Of a stretch of DNA of 64,000 nt, positions 55,474 to 64,000 are shown one piece after another. A program made the position numbers and the translations under genes. This DNA is from Candidatus Zhuqueibacterota bacterium. Lineage in GTDB: Bacteria > Zhuqueibacterota > Zhuqueibacteria > Residuimicrobiales > Krinioviventaceae. Under the pieces are notes generated by a model. The model did not search any database, was not told the origin of the DNA, and saw only the letters and a list, made by a program, of their open reading frames with translations. How positions within the stretch are numbered: the stretch's first letter is position 1; every line of letters begins with the position of its first letter. Location: positions 4,967 through 68,966 of the forward strand of contig JAPDQV010000014.1 in the NCBI GenBank assembly GCA_034505495.1, given 5' to 3'.

Positions 55474-55902
55474 ATGCTTAGGAAAACGTTGCTCTCTTTG
55501 GTTACGGTTTTCATTTTGGTGCAGTTCATTCCTGTAAACCGCAATAACCCGCCTATGGAAAAAGACCTGAACGCACCTGATCGAGTCAAAACCATCCTGA
55601 GGGTTTCGTGTTATGATTGTCACTCCCACGAAACCAAGTGGCCGTCTTATAGCCGTATTGCGCCGATTTCTTGGCTGATCGCTCATCATGTTCGTGAAGG
55701 TCGCGAATATCTCAATTTTTCACATTTTGAGAGCATGGATTCGACACAAAAGCGCTTGGCTGCGGTTCAAATTAAAAGAGAAATTGAAAAGGGAAGTATG
55801 CCCTTGGCTCCCTATGTGTGGATGCATTCGCAGGCCAAGATGACGCCGGAAAAACGACAGATTGTACTTGATTGGCTTGCGGCTTCTTTTGGCGCCAACT
55901 AA
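55474..55902 (+). CDS. Haem-binding-domain (Haem_bd, PF14376-like) protein
   Basis: 142 aa with a signal/TM segment. Motifs: SCYDCHSHETKWPSYSRIAPISWLIAHHVREGREYLNFS. Confidence 0.65.
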   Translation: MLRKTLLSLVTVFILVQFIPVNRNNPPMEKDLNAPDRVKTILRVSCYDCHSHETKWPSYSRIAPISWLIAHHVREGREYLNFSHFESMDSTQKRLAAVQIKREIEKGSMPLAPYVWMHSQAKMTPEKRQIVLDWLAASFGAN

Positions 55903-55905
55903 GAG

Positions 55906-56598
55906 ATGAAAAAGATGCTGAAAATTGATATTTTTGAACTGCCGGTGCAGTTTGCGGCAGTGGAGTTGGCTGAAGTCAAGGTTACGGAAAATCAGACGGC
56001 ATTTGCCCGCATGCTCGAGTGCGCCGAAGAATATGCCGAGCGTTACGCCTGGACGCCGCCGAGCGAGATTCCCGGCGTGCAGGCGGCGCGTCGCCTGTTT
56101 CACGCGGTCGGTATTGATCCCACCAAGCGGCGGCCCTCTTCCGAGGCACTGCTGCATCGGGCCCTCAAGCGCAAAGGATTCGAGTCAGTCAACGCCCTGG
56201 TCGACGTCGGCAATTGGTGTTCATTGGAATTTCTTTTACCTACCTGTATTTACGATGTCGCACAAATAGAGGGGTTGGTGGTGCTGCGCCGCGGACGGCC
56301 GGGTGAGCAGTACGAGGCGCTGAACGGTCGGCTGATGGAGTTCGAAGGCAAGCCGGTGTTGGCCGACGATTTGGGCCCTTTCGGCTCACCATTGACCGAT
56401 TCTCAGCGTACGGCGGTTCGAATGCATACCCGCACCGCACTGCTGGGCATTTGGGCACCGCAGGATTATGACCGCTCCCTTTTGCTGGAGCAGGCCGAAC
56501 AGTTTGCCGAGCGCGCGCTTCAGGTCTGCGGCGGCAAACTTGTCTCGTTGGCCGTCCTGCCGCCGGCAGCAACCCAGGCATCTCCGCTGTCTCCATAA
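55906..56598 (+). CDS. B3/B4 tRNA-binding domain-containing protein
   Basis: 230 aa. Motifs: GIDPTKRRPSSEALLHRALKRKGFESVNALVDVGNWCSLEFLLPTCIYD, VLRRGRPGE. Confidence 0.65.
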   Translation: MKKMLKIDIFELPVQFAAVELAEVKVTENQTAFARMLECAEEYAERYAWTPPSEIPGVQAARRLFHAVGIDPTKRRPSSEALLHRALKRKGFESVNALVDVGNWCSLEFLLPTCIYDVAQIEGLVVLRRGRPGEQYEALNGRLMEFEGKPVLADDLGPFGSPLTDSQRTAVRMHTRTALLGIWAPQDYDRSLLLEQAEQFAERALQVCGGKLVSLAVLPPAATQASPLSP

Positions 56599-56635
56599 TT
56601 GTTTGCTTCGGACCCGTGTCTGATCGCTATAACTG

Positions 56636-59032
56636 TTGGAAAAAAGAATGAATTGTAAACATGCATCGCTGGTTTTTTGGGGGATTCTTGCGTCAGCGTT
56701 TTTATTTGTGATACGCTGCAGCTCGCCGGAAAAGCTTGCGGGCGAGGTTCAGGCGCCGAAGCCCCTGCCTGCCGGTTTAAAGATCGACTGGCCGAAGGAG
56801 GGAACCCTGTACCCGCCGGAAATGGCGCCGGCGAGCGTTATCTGGCGGCGCACTGCCCCGGTAAAGCGACAGCTGGCTTTCGTGCATGCCGGAGCCGAGC
56901 TGCTGTTCAGCGGTGAAGTGTCGGGAACGACCTGGCGTCCCGACTCGCTGCTTTGGGAGCGAATCAAGCAGCGGGCGCTCCGGCAGACGGTGACTGTGGC
57001 GGTGGTCGGCGTAAAAGGCAAGCGAATCGTCTGCGGCGACCGCCGCAGTTTTCGCGTTTCGCCGGACAGCGTGGGCGCGCCGATCTTTTACCGCGCCGTG
57101 CCGCTGCCGTTTTTTTACGCGCTGCATCATCTCAATGAAATCCGCTGGAAACTTGGGTGGATCTCTTCCGCCAAGCCCGCACCCACGCTCCTGACCAATC
57201 TGCCGCTGTGCGGCAACTGTCACAGCTTTTCAGCCGACGGCCGAACCCTGGCCATGGACGTCGATTACGCCAACGACAAAGGCTCGTACGCCATCACTGA
57301 GATCAGCGACCAGACGGTGCTTTCACCCGAGCAGATCATCACATGGAGCGACTATCGGCGCGAAGATCGGCGCCCAACCTTCGGCCTCCTGTCGCAAATC
57401 TCTCCTGACGGCCGCTACGTCGCCAGCACGGTCAAGGATCGATCCATTTTTGTCCCCAAAGACGATCTGCATTACTCGCAGCTCTTTTTCCCCATCAAGG
57501 GGATTATCGTCATTTATGATCGAGTCGAAAAGCGGTTCTTCCCTTTATCCGGCGCCGATGATCCGACCTATGTACAAAGCAATCCAAATTGGAGTCCTGA
57601 CGGCCGCTGGATCTATTTTGCCCGCAGCCGCGCCTACAGCTCGGAAAGACTCGAGCAGAGCACTGAAGTCGTAATGCCGACGGAAGTAGCGGAAGAGTTT
57701 ATCAGCGGCCGAAAAGAGTTTAAATTCGACATCTATCGTGTACCGTTCAACAACGGCCGGGGGGGGATTGCGGAACCGGTACGCGGCGCTTCGAACAACG
57801 GCAAGAGCAACTACTTCCCGCGCATTTCGCCGGACGGTAGACGGCTGGTCTTTTGCCAGGCAAACAATTTTATGCTGCTGCAGCCGGACAGCAGGCTGAT
57901 GCTGCTTCCCATTGAAGGCGGCGAACCAAAGCCGCTCGCCTGCAATACCGATTCAATGAACTCCTGGCACAGCTGGTCGCCGAACGGCAAATGGTTGGCC
58001 TTTGCTTCCAAAGCGCGTTCGGCTTATACCGACATTCTTTTGACCCATATCGATGAGGAAGGGCAGGCTTCGCCTCCCGTGCTGCTCGATCACCTCGCCG
58101 CCGAAGGCTATGCCGCCAACATTCCCGAATTCGTCAACCGTCGGGAAAGGTGGAGCCGCATTGTAGACGGTTTTTCCAATCAGGCCCACTATTACTTTAC
58201 CATCGGCCGCAACAAAATGGGGGAGAAAAAGCCGAAGGAAGCTTTGGAGGCCTTTGCCCAAGCTATTCGCCTCGATCCGACTTACGGCCGAACCTATATC
58301 TTAAAAGGGCACATCGAGTTTGCCAACGGTCTGTATGACGAGGCCCTACAGTCTTATCAGAGCGCCGCTCGCTACATCAAGGACGATTTTGATCTTTACC
58401 AGAATCTCGGCACAACATTGTACAAGCTGCGGAGATTCGATGAGGCTGTGATGGCTTTTTCGACCGCTTTGCGGCTTAATCCCAAGAGCGCCGATGCCTA
58501 TTTGGGCAGGGGGCTGGCCTATGCTCAGCAGGAGAAATATGCGGCGGCGTTGAAGGATTACGACGCGGCCGCCGCGGCGGCGCCGAACAACGGCCGCATC
58601 TATCATGAGCGGGGCGTTGTGAACGCGCTGGTCGGCAACTTGGTGCAGGCGGAACAGGATCTGCAGACCGCTCATCGTCTGGAGCCGGAAAACGCGAGGA
58701 CTTTAGAAAAACTGGGGGATATAAGATATCAGCTGCAGCGATACGCTCAGGCGGTGGAGACTTATACGCAGGCGATCGGTCTTGAACCGCAAAACGCCAA
58801 ACTTTATGAGGCGCGCGGCGACGCCCGTTACAAATTGCGCGATCTGCAGGCCGCTTTGTCAGATTACGAGAAGGTTGTCTCTTTGAATCCGCGCGCCGGC
58901 AGCAGTTACTACCGACTCGGGGTGGTGCGGCTGGAACTGGGCGATCGTGCCGGCGGCTGCCGTGACTTGGCGACGGCGGCTCAGCTTGGGGTTCGGCAGG
59001 CGGAGGAGCTGCGCCGCAAATCGTGCCGCTGA
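56636..59032 (+). CDS. Secreted PD40/TolB-like beta-propeller protein with C-terminal TPR array
   Basis: 798 aa. PD40-like repeats: ISPDGRYVAST, WSPDGRWIYFARSR, ISPDGRRLVFCQ, WSPNGKWLAFASK. At least six TPR units lie at the C-terminus (e.g. AYLGRGLAYAQQEKYAAALKDYDAAAAAAPNN). Confidence 0.7.
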   Translation: MEKRMNCKHASLVFWGILASAFLFVIRCSSPEKLAGEVQAPKPLPAGLKIDWPKEGTLYPPEMAPASVIWRRTAPVKRQLAFVHAGAELLFSGEVSGTTWRPDSLLWERIKQRALRQTVTVAVVGVKGKRIVCGDRRSFRVSPDSVGAPIFYRAVPLPFFYALHHLNEIRWKLGWISSAKPAPTLLTNLPLCGNCHSFSADGRTLAMDVDYANDKGSYAITEISDQTVLSPEQIITWSDYRREDRRPTFGLLSQISPDGRYVASTVKDRSIFVPKDDLHYSQLFFPIKGIIVIYDRVEKRFFPLSGADDPTYVQSNPNWSPDGRWIYFARSRAYSSERLEQSTEVVMPTEVAEEFISGRKEFKFDIYRVPFNNGRGGIAEPVRGASNNGKSNYFPRISPDGRRLVFCQANNFMLLQPDSRLMLLPIEGGEPKPLACNTDSMNSWHSWSPNGKWLAFASKARSAYTDILLTHIDEEGQASPPVLLDHLAAEGYAANIPEFVNRRERWSRIVDGFSNQAHYYFTIGRNKMGEKKPKEALEAFAQAIRLDPTYGRTYILKGHIEFANGLYDEALQSYQSAARYIKDDFDLYQNLGTTLYKLRRFDEAVMAFSTALRLNPKSADAYLGRGLAYAQQEKYAAALKDYDAAAAAAPNNGRIYHERGVVNALVGNLVQAEQDLQTAHRLEPENARTLEKLGDIRYQLQRYAQAVETYTQAIGLEPQNAKLYEARGDARYKLRDLQAALSDYEKVVSLNPRAGSSYYRLGVVRLELGDRAGGCRDLATAAQLGVRQAEELRRKSCR

Positions 59033-59038
59033 GCGCGG

Positions 59039-61972
59039 TTAGAAGGCAAATCGGAACGAAGAAGTGGACAAGCTGACGATCCAGCGAAACTCGAACTCCG
59101 ATTCGTTTGGCAGGGGGTCGCTGACCCAGATCGGCAGATGCAGCGCCAAGGGGCCGAGCGGCAGAGAGATGCCCGCATCGTAGCGCCAAATCTTGTCTGC
59201 CGAGGCCAATCGGCTGTCCCATACCGATCCGGCGTCGAAAAAGAATCTGATGGGCATCAGCGGCACGGAGAGTTCCGCATTGGCGGCGATCAGGCGGTCG
59301 CCGGACAGGTAGCGGCCAAAATAGCCGCGCAGGTTGCCGCCTTCAGCCGGAAGCTGCAGGCGCTCCTGGGGCGAAAAGCGACCGCGACCGTCGACCAGCG
59401 GCGATAAAAGGCCGCGTTCCTCCATGCCGCCGTAGAGGTACAAGCGGTGCTGCAGCGCCGGAGTACCGGTCGTCAATCCGGCAAATAGGCGCAGGTTAAG
59501 CCTCAGCTCCTTGGCTGCCCGCCAGTCAAAGGTCGAGGTTATCTGCAGGCGATGAAAGGAAAAGTCGCTCGCCGTGAAGTTGCCGCCGCTGAGCAAAGCA
59601 AGACTCGTTCGATTTTGCAGCAAAAAGCCGCCGGTTTCTGCTTCCGCGGATAATTGGAGGGCTGATACGGTTCCCGGACTCCAGGTTCTGGTTTCCCAAT
59701 AGGCGAGGTCGTACAAGCGGTCATAGCGCCACCCGGCGGTCAGTCTGAGCAACGGCGCCCGCCAGGGCAGTTCGGCAAACTGCGTGGACAGAGCCGCCTC
59801 GGCGTGAACGCGGCCTTCGAGGTCGCGCAGCCCGCTTTCAAAACGAAGCAATTGGTCGCCGGCATAAAGGTGGGTCCCATAACCGAGAGAGTAGTTCCAT
59901 TTGCCGCTGCGCGTGCCGTAGCTTGCGCCGAGGTGCCACTCGTGAAAGCCGATAAGCGGGTAAAAGGTGCGCCAATTGCCGCCGCTGATCGTCAGGCCGG
60001 GCCGCCATCCGTCCACGTCGTCTTCATACCACAGGGTCGGCATGAACAGGACCATGTGGCGGTCGAACGGTGGAACGGCAAAAAACGGCCGCACCTGAAA
60101 ACGACGTGGAAAAGAATTGTTCCAGTTATTTACTTCCGGAATCGCGTCGTTCGGATCGATAACGACCGATTTACATGAGGCGGCCTGAAAGATCAATGGC
60201 TCGCGGGAACGCCCGTCCCATTGCTGCGTCAGGGTTTTGCCGTCATGCGTCTGCAGCACGACGTTGGCCGGTAGGACGGCGTCGCCTCGATTTTCCACAA
60301 AAACGCGAACGGTGTTGCTTTCCTTGTCGCGTTCTTTTTCGAGGTGTGCAATGCGTAAATCTGCCCGCGCCGTACCGTAGACCCATTGGCGAAAGAATTC
60401 GTCCGCCGGTTCACCCGTCACTTCTTTGACAATTTCGCAGAAATCTTTTGTCGTCGGGTGCTTAAACTGCCAACGCGCAAAATAGGTCTGCATGATGCGG
60501 TCAAACATTTCTTCGCCGAACCGATCCTGCAGCATGTTGAGTACAAAGCCGCCCTGCGCATAGACGAGGGCTGCGTACTGCAGATCGTCCATTTCATAGG
60601 GCTTGGTCGAAAGCGGCAGACTGCTGCGGTTGGCGGCAACCATGTACCAGATCATCCGCTGCATATCATGGTCGCTGAAGGCGGGCAGGAAGGGATGTTT
60701 GTCGCCCCAGGTGAACAGGTTCCCCTTGACCCCGTAACGCTCCCGCATGTAGCGCATCTCGCTGAAGGTATTCATGCCCTCATCGAGCCAGGCTTCGGCC
60801 ATCTCGTTGTTGCCGAGGATGCCGTAGAACCAGTTATGGCCGACCTCGTGCATGATCACGCCTTCCAACAGCCGCATAAAAGAAGGTCCCCCTTCCGAAA
60901 TGATGGTGAGCATAGGGTATTCCATGCCGCCGCCTGCGGAAAGGTCACCGTCGACCACGCTTTGTTGGGGATAAGGAAACGGCATGTACCATTTGCCGTA
61001 GCTTTCCAGCGTTTTTGCAACATAGCTGACGGCATCTTTCCACGCCTCTTCGTGATGCGGAAGCACATAGACGAAGATGTCCGTTTGCTCAAATCGTCCG
61101 TGTTTGACGATGAAACGCGAGTCGGCGCACCAGGCAAAGTCATGAACCTTTTCCGCCTTGAAACGAAGCGTCTTTGTCGCGCTGCTCTTTTCTCTTTTTG
61201 CCGCCTGCTTGAGGATTCGCCGAATTTCCTTTTCGGCGGCCCTGTTTTTGAGGGTTCTCAAACTGTCGATTCGTTTCCCTTCGGAGATCCTCTCCTGCAT
61301 GGCGGCGATTTCCTGCTCGGGAGAAACCAGCGTGCCGGTGGCGGCGACGATCAGATCTTCCGGAACCGTTATTTCAACGTCGAATGTTCCGAACTCGCCG
61401 TAAAATTCGCCGATGCGGTGATAGCCGTCCGGGTGCCAGCCGAAGCGGTCATAGACCACCATTTTGGGATACCATTGGGTGATTTCATAATGGCGATCGG
61501 TATGTCCCAAGCGGGAAAAGATGATCGGCAATTTAACAAAGAACTCGATCGAAAGAGTTATGGTGCCTTGAGGCGGCAGCGGCGAGGGAAGAAAAACCTG
61601 CAGTTCCGTACCGTCATCCGGCTTTTCGCGCCGCTCGAGCTCTTGGCCGTTCAGGGTCAACGAACGGATCTCCATAAAGCCGCGCTGCTTGGCGCTGCTG
61701 AAATGAAATTGCGTCGAACCGGCGGCGCGCATTTCGCGGGCATAGACGCTGTTGTCGTCGCGATAAGCGTTCGGATAAAGGTGGATCCAGACAAAACTCA
61801 GCGTATCGGGTGAATGATTGATATAGGTCAGCTCCTCGCTGCCGGTCAGAGTGTGCTCTTTATCGTCCAAGGTCACGCGGATGCGATAGGCGACCTCCTG
61901 CTGCCAGTACTCGGCCTGCAAAGCTGACGTCAAAGCTGCGACGACAAGCCCAAAGAATAATGCTCGATACAT
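59039..61972 (-). CDS. M1-family (gluzincin) metallopeptidase fused to a C-terminal Omp85-type beta-barrel
   Basis: 977 aa with a signal peptide (MYRALFFGLVVAALTSALQA). The M1 motif is VIMHEVGHNWFYGILGNNEMAEAWLDEGMNTF (HExxH-x18-E). The C-terminal ~330 aa carry GGNLRGYFGRY and FFFDAGSVW (Omp85 loop-6 and barrel motifs) and end ...SSFRFAF. Confidence 0.75.
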   Translation of the reverse strand: MYRALFFGLVVAALTSALQAEYWQQEVAYRIRVTLDDKEHTLTGSEELTYINHSPDTLSFVWIHLYPNAYRDDNSVYAREMRAAGSTQFHFSSAKQRGFMEIRSLTLNGQELERREKPDDGTELQVFLPSPLPPQGTITLSIEFFVKLPIIFSRLGHTDRHYEITQWYPKMVVYDRFGWHPDGYHRIGEFYGEFGTFDVEITVPEDLIVAATGTLVSPEQEIAAMQERISEGKRIDSLRTLKNRAAEKEIRRILKQAAKREKSSATKTLRFKAEKVHDFAWCADSRFIVKHGRFEQTDIFVYVLPHHEEAWKDAVSYVAKTLESYGKWYMPFPYPQQSVVDGDLSAGGGMEYPMLTIISEGGPSFMRLLEGVIMHEVGHNWFYGILGNNEMAEAWLDEGMNTFSEMRYMRERYGVKGNLFTWGDKHPFLPAFSDHDMQRMIWYMVAANRSSLPLSTKPYEMDDLQYAALVYAQGGFVLNMLQDRFGEEMFDRIMQTYFARWQFKHPTTKDFCEIVKEVTGEPADEFFRQWVYGTARADLRIAHLEKERDKESNTVRVFVENRGDAVLPANVVLQTHDGKTLTQQWDGRSREPLIFQAASCKSVVIDPNDAIPEVNNWNNSFPRRFQVRPFFAVPPFDRHMVLFMPTLWYEDDVDGWRPGLTISGGNWRTFYPLIGFHEWHLGASYGTRSGKWNYSLGYGTHLYAGDQLLRFESGLRDLEGRVHAEAALSTQFAELPWRAPLLRLTAGWRYDRLYDLAYWETRTWSPGTVSALQLSAEAETGGFLLQNRTSLALLSGGNFTASDFSFHRLQITSTFDWRAAKELRLNLRLFAGLTTGTPALQHRLYLYGGMEERGLLSPLVDGRGRFSPQERLQLPAEGGNLRGYFGRYLSGDRLIAANAELSVPLMPIRFFFDAGSVWDSRLASADKIWRYDAGISLPLGPLALHLPIWVSDPLPNESEFEFRWIVSLSTSSFRFAF

Positions 61973-62002
61973 AGATTCCTCCCGAGAGATGACGACACTC
62001 CG

Positions 62003-63049
62003 TCAGGATTCGCGGAAAACGAATAGGGTCTGCGTGGGGTATGCGAATTGAATATCTTCCTCTTTGAAACGACGATAGACGGCCAGGTTGATGCTTTGCT
62101 GGATGTCCATTGCCGCACGATATTCCGGAGACAACACCCAGAAGATAATCTCGAATTGGATGCTGTAGTCGCCGAATCGCACCAAGTGGGCGCGGTCGAA
62201 GCGCGTTTGCGGCGTCTGTTCGATGATTTCCCGCAGAATCTGCGGGATTTTCTCCAGCTTTTCGGCCGGCGTTTGATAAACGACGCCGATGTTCATCGTC
62301 AGACGGCGTTCCTGCATGCGTTTAAAGTTGCGAATCCGGCTGGCAAGCAGATCGCTGTTGGAGATGATGAGCTGCTCCCCCGAGATACTGCGGATGCGCG
62401 TCGTTTTCAAGCCGATGTGTTCGACATGTCCCATAAAGGTGTCGATGGTGATAAAATCGCCGATGACAAACGGCTTGTCCAAGGCAATGGAGAGCGAGGC
62501 AAACAGGTCGCTTAGAATATGCTGCAAAGCTAAAGCAATGGCTACGCCGCCGATTCCCAGGCCTGTAATTAGCGCCGTAATATCGATGCCGAGGTTATCG
62601 AGCGCCAGTAATAAGATGATGGTCCAGAGCAGGGCTTTGAGCAGAAAGCCGAAGGCGGCAAACGTCGGTGCCGTACCGTTTTGATCCAGCCTTTTTTCCC
62701 TTTTGTAGGCCAAATAATGCTCGATGACGCCGTTTCCCCACAGGGCTATCTGCAGCAGCAGAATGAGGACGGCAAGGTTGTTGAGAACGTGACGGACCTT
62801 GTCGCTTTGCGCCAAAAAACGGCTGCCGACAAACAGGGCAAAAGCGAGAACGATCGGCGCTTTGAGTCGCGTCAGCAGGTCGGCCAGCAGGTCGTCGATT
62901 TTATTTTCGGTTTTGTGTGCCAAAGAGAGAAGCAGGCGCTGAATGAGCATTTTTGCGCCGAAAAGCAGGAAAAAGACACACAGCGTGATCAGTCCGGATC
63001 GCAGCCATTGCGCCGCTGTATTCCCCCAAAAGAGCTGTTCGATGTTCAT
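62003..63049 (-). CDS. MscS-family mechanosensitive channel
   Basis: 348 aa with N-terminal TM helices. The beta-domain reads KPFVIGDFITIDTFMGHVEHIGLKTTRIRSISGEQLIISNSDL. Confidence 0.85.
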   Translation of the reverse strand: MNIEQLFWGNTAAQWLRSGLITLCVFFLLFGAKMLIQRLLLSLAHKTENKIDDLLADLLTRLKAPIVLAFALFVGSRFLAQSDKVRHVLNNLAVLILLLQIALWGNGVIEHYLAYKREKRLDQNGTAPTFAAFGFLLKALLWTIILLLALDNLGIDITALITGLGIGGVAIALALQHILSDLFASLSIALDKPFVIGDFITIDTFMGHVEHIGLKTTRIRSISGEQLIISNSDLLASRIRNFKRMQERRLTMNIGVVYQTPAEKLEKIPQILREIIEQTPQTRFDRAHLVRFGDYSIQFEIIFWVLSPEYRAAMDIQQSINLAVYRRFKEEDIQFAYPTQTLFVFRES

Positions 63050-63261
63050 GCACCTTTCCTTTTTAATCGACGAAATATAACGATTTCAGATAAATCGATA
63101 AAGTGCTTTCAACATTAGCTGCTTTTTACTATTTTGGTCTTGACTTTTGACACGGCCGATCGTCGGTTTTCAGCCGAACAACTTTTGGTGAGTACATATC
63201 GTGCTGTTTTCGTCAACAGGCAAAGTGTAGGCTGGTATTCGATTTTGTATAGGAGTCGATT

Positions 63262-63855
63262 ATGCGACGAGTAATTTTTCTGCTGAGTCTTCTGTTTGCA
63301 GTTTACGGCGCTGCGGCGCCGCGCTATTCGGTTACCCTGGGGATGAGCAAGCCGTTTGCGCCCGAAGAGCTGCAGCGCTATTGGCGCAGCGGCTTTAATC
63401 TTGCCGCCGGAATCGGCGTCAAATTAAAGCCGCAGCTTGAATTGCAGGGCGAGTTGCTCTACAATCGGCTGGAATTGGACGACACGGCTTTTCTCGGCAA
63501 CATCACTTCGGCAACGGATGTTTATTCCTCCGTCTCGGGAGGCGCGACCTCGATCACCGAGCTTTCGGCACGGCTCAAATACTTTTCGCAGTCCATAAAA
63601 AGCACCACGCCCTATCTTTATCTCAGCTTGGGAGGCGGCCTGAAGGTGATTGCTGAAAAAGAGGTGACCACCGCGGACCGCAACTACAAAGAGCCGCGCG
63701 ATTCGGTTTTTTCGCCGTCGACGGGAATCGGCCTGGGCGCCGAGGTGAAAATGGCGAAAAATTCACTTTTGGTCGTCGAGGGAGGGTTTCAGTTGCTCTG
63801 GACTGATCCGACCACGGTCTATTTGCCTCTTAAAATCGGAGTGATCGTTTTTTAA
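63262..63855 (+). CDS. Small outer-membrane beta-barrel protein
   Basis: 197 aa with a signal peptide (LLSLLFAVYGAAA). It shows an alternating strand pattern and a C-terminal hydrophobic strand ending in F. Confidence 0.6.
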   Translation: MRRVIFLLSLLFAVYGAAAPRYSVTLGMSKPFAPEELQRYWRSGFNLAAGIGVKLKPQLELQGELLYNRLELDDTAFLGNITSATDVYSSVSGGATSITELSARLKYFSQSIKSTTPYLYLSLGGGLKVIAEKEVTTADRNYKEPRDSVFSPSTGIGLGAEVKMAKNSLLVVEGGFQLLWTDPTTVYLPLKIGVIVF

Positions 63856-64000
63856 ATTCGGATAACGGCTTTGAGGACGCCGTCGGCATAGACGTCGGTC
63901 AACTGAAAGGCTTCCTGTACCTGATCTAAAGAAAACCGGTGGGTAATGAGAGATCGGCCGTCGACGAGGCCCTTCTCCATCAGCGCCAATACCCGTTCAT
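63852..64000 (-). CDS. 3' end of a medium-chain (Zn-dependent) alcohol/polyol dehydrogenase family gene; the start lies beyond the right edge
   Basis: Own minus-strand translation: ...ERVLALMEKGLVDGRSLITHRFSLDQVQEAFQLTDVYADGVLKAVIRI*. This is a typical MDR C-terminus. The stop overlaps the stop of the convergent 63262..63855 gene. Confidence 0.55.
   Translation of the reverse strand, partial: ERVLALMEKGLVDGRSLITHRFSLDQVQEAFQLTDVYADGVLKAVIRI

Noticed and set aside
57209-57223. CxxCH motif (CGNCH) suggesting a c-type cytochrome
   Set aside because: It is a single occurrence in an otherwise PD40/TPR protein with no other haem-protein features. That is insufficient to call a cytochrome.
60386-61813. 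475-aa plus-strand ORF
   Set aside because: It is the antisense shadow of the M1 peptidase-Omp85 gene.

Overview
This 64-kb window is a GC-rich bacterial fragment. T9SS-type C-terminal sorting domains, a GWxTD protein and a CarboxypepD_reg-TonB receptor suggest an uncultured FCB-superphylum-like organism (inference only). The left 12.7 kb is a complete type III-A (Csm) CRISPR-Cas locus, all on the minus strand. Its order is cas10-csm2-csm3-csm4-csm5, a 272-nt ORF-free gap, crn2 (DUF1874 ring nuclease)-cas6-card1/can2, a block of REP-like palindromic repeats, a 953-aa RT-TPR-PrimPol fusion gene, then cas1 10 nt downstream. cas1 runs off the left edge and is missing from the ORF track; I translated it by hand. 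I found no CRISPR array or cas2 in the window, so they probably lie beyond position 1. The most interesting object is the RT-TPR-PrimPol polypeptide, whose RT block 5 reads YSDN instead of YxDD. The rest looks like ordinary chromosome. It holds a LacI-linked hemicellulose/sugar locus with T9SS-tagged GH43, triple-CBM9 and GH35-like proteins. It also holds nfnAB-like genes, an OPT transporter, deoA, rfbC and a TonB-receptor cluster with His-rich accessory proteins. Further genes are two peptidase-Omp85 barrel fusions, two hsp20 genes, a zwf-opcA-pgl-cysE operon, putP, an MscS-family channel and outer-membrane beta-barrel proteins. No rRNA, tRNA, transposase or integrase was recognised. All calls rest on reading translated motifs by eye; no database search was run.
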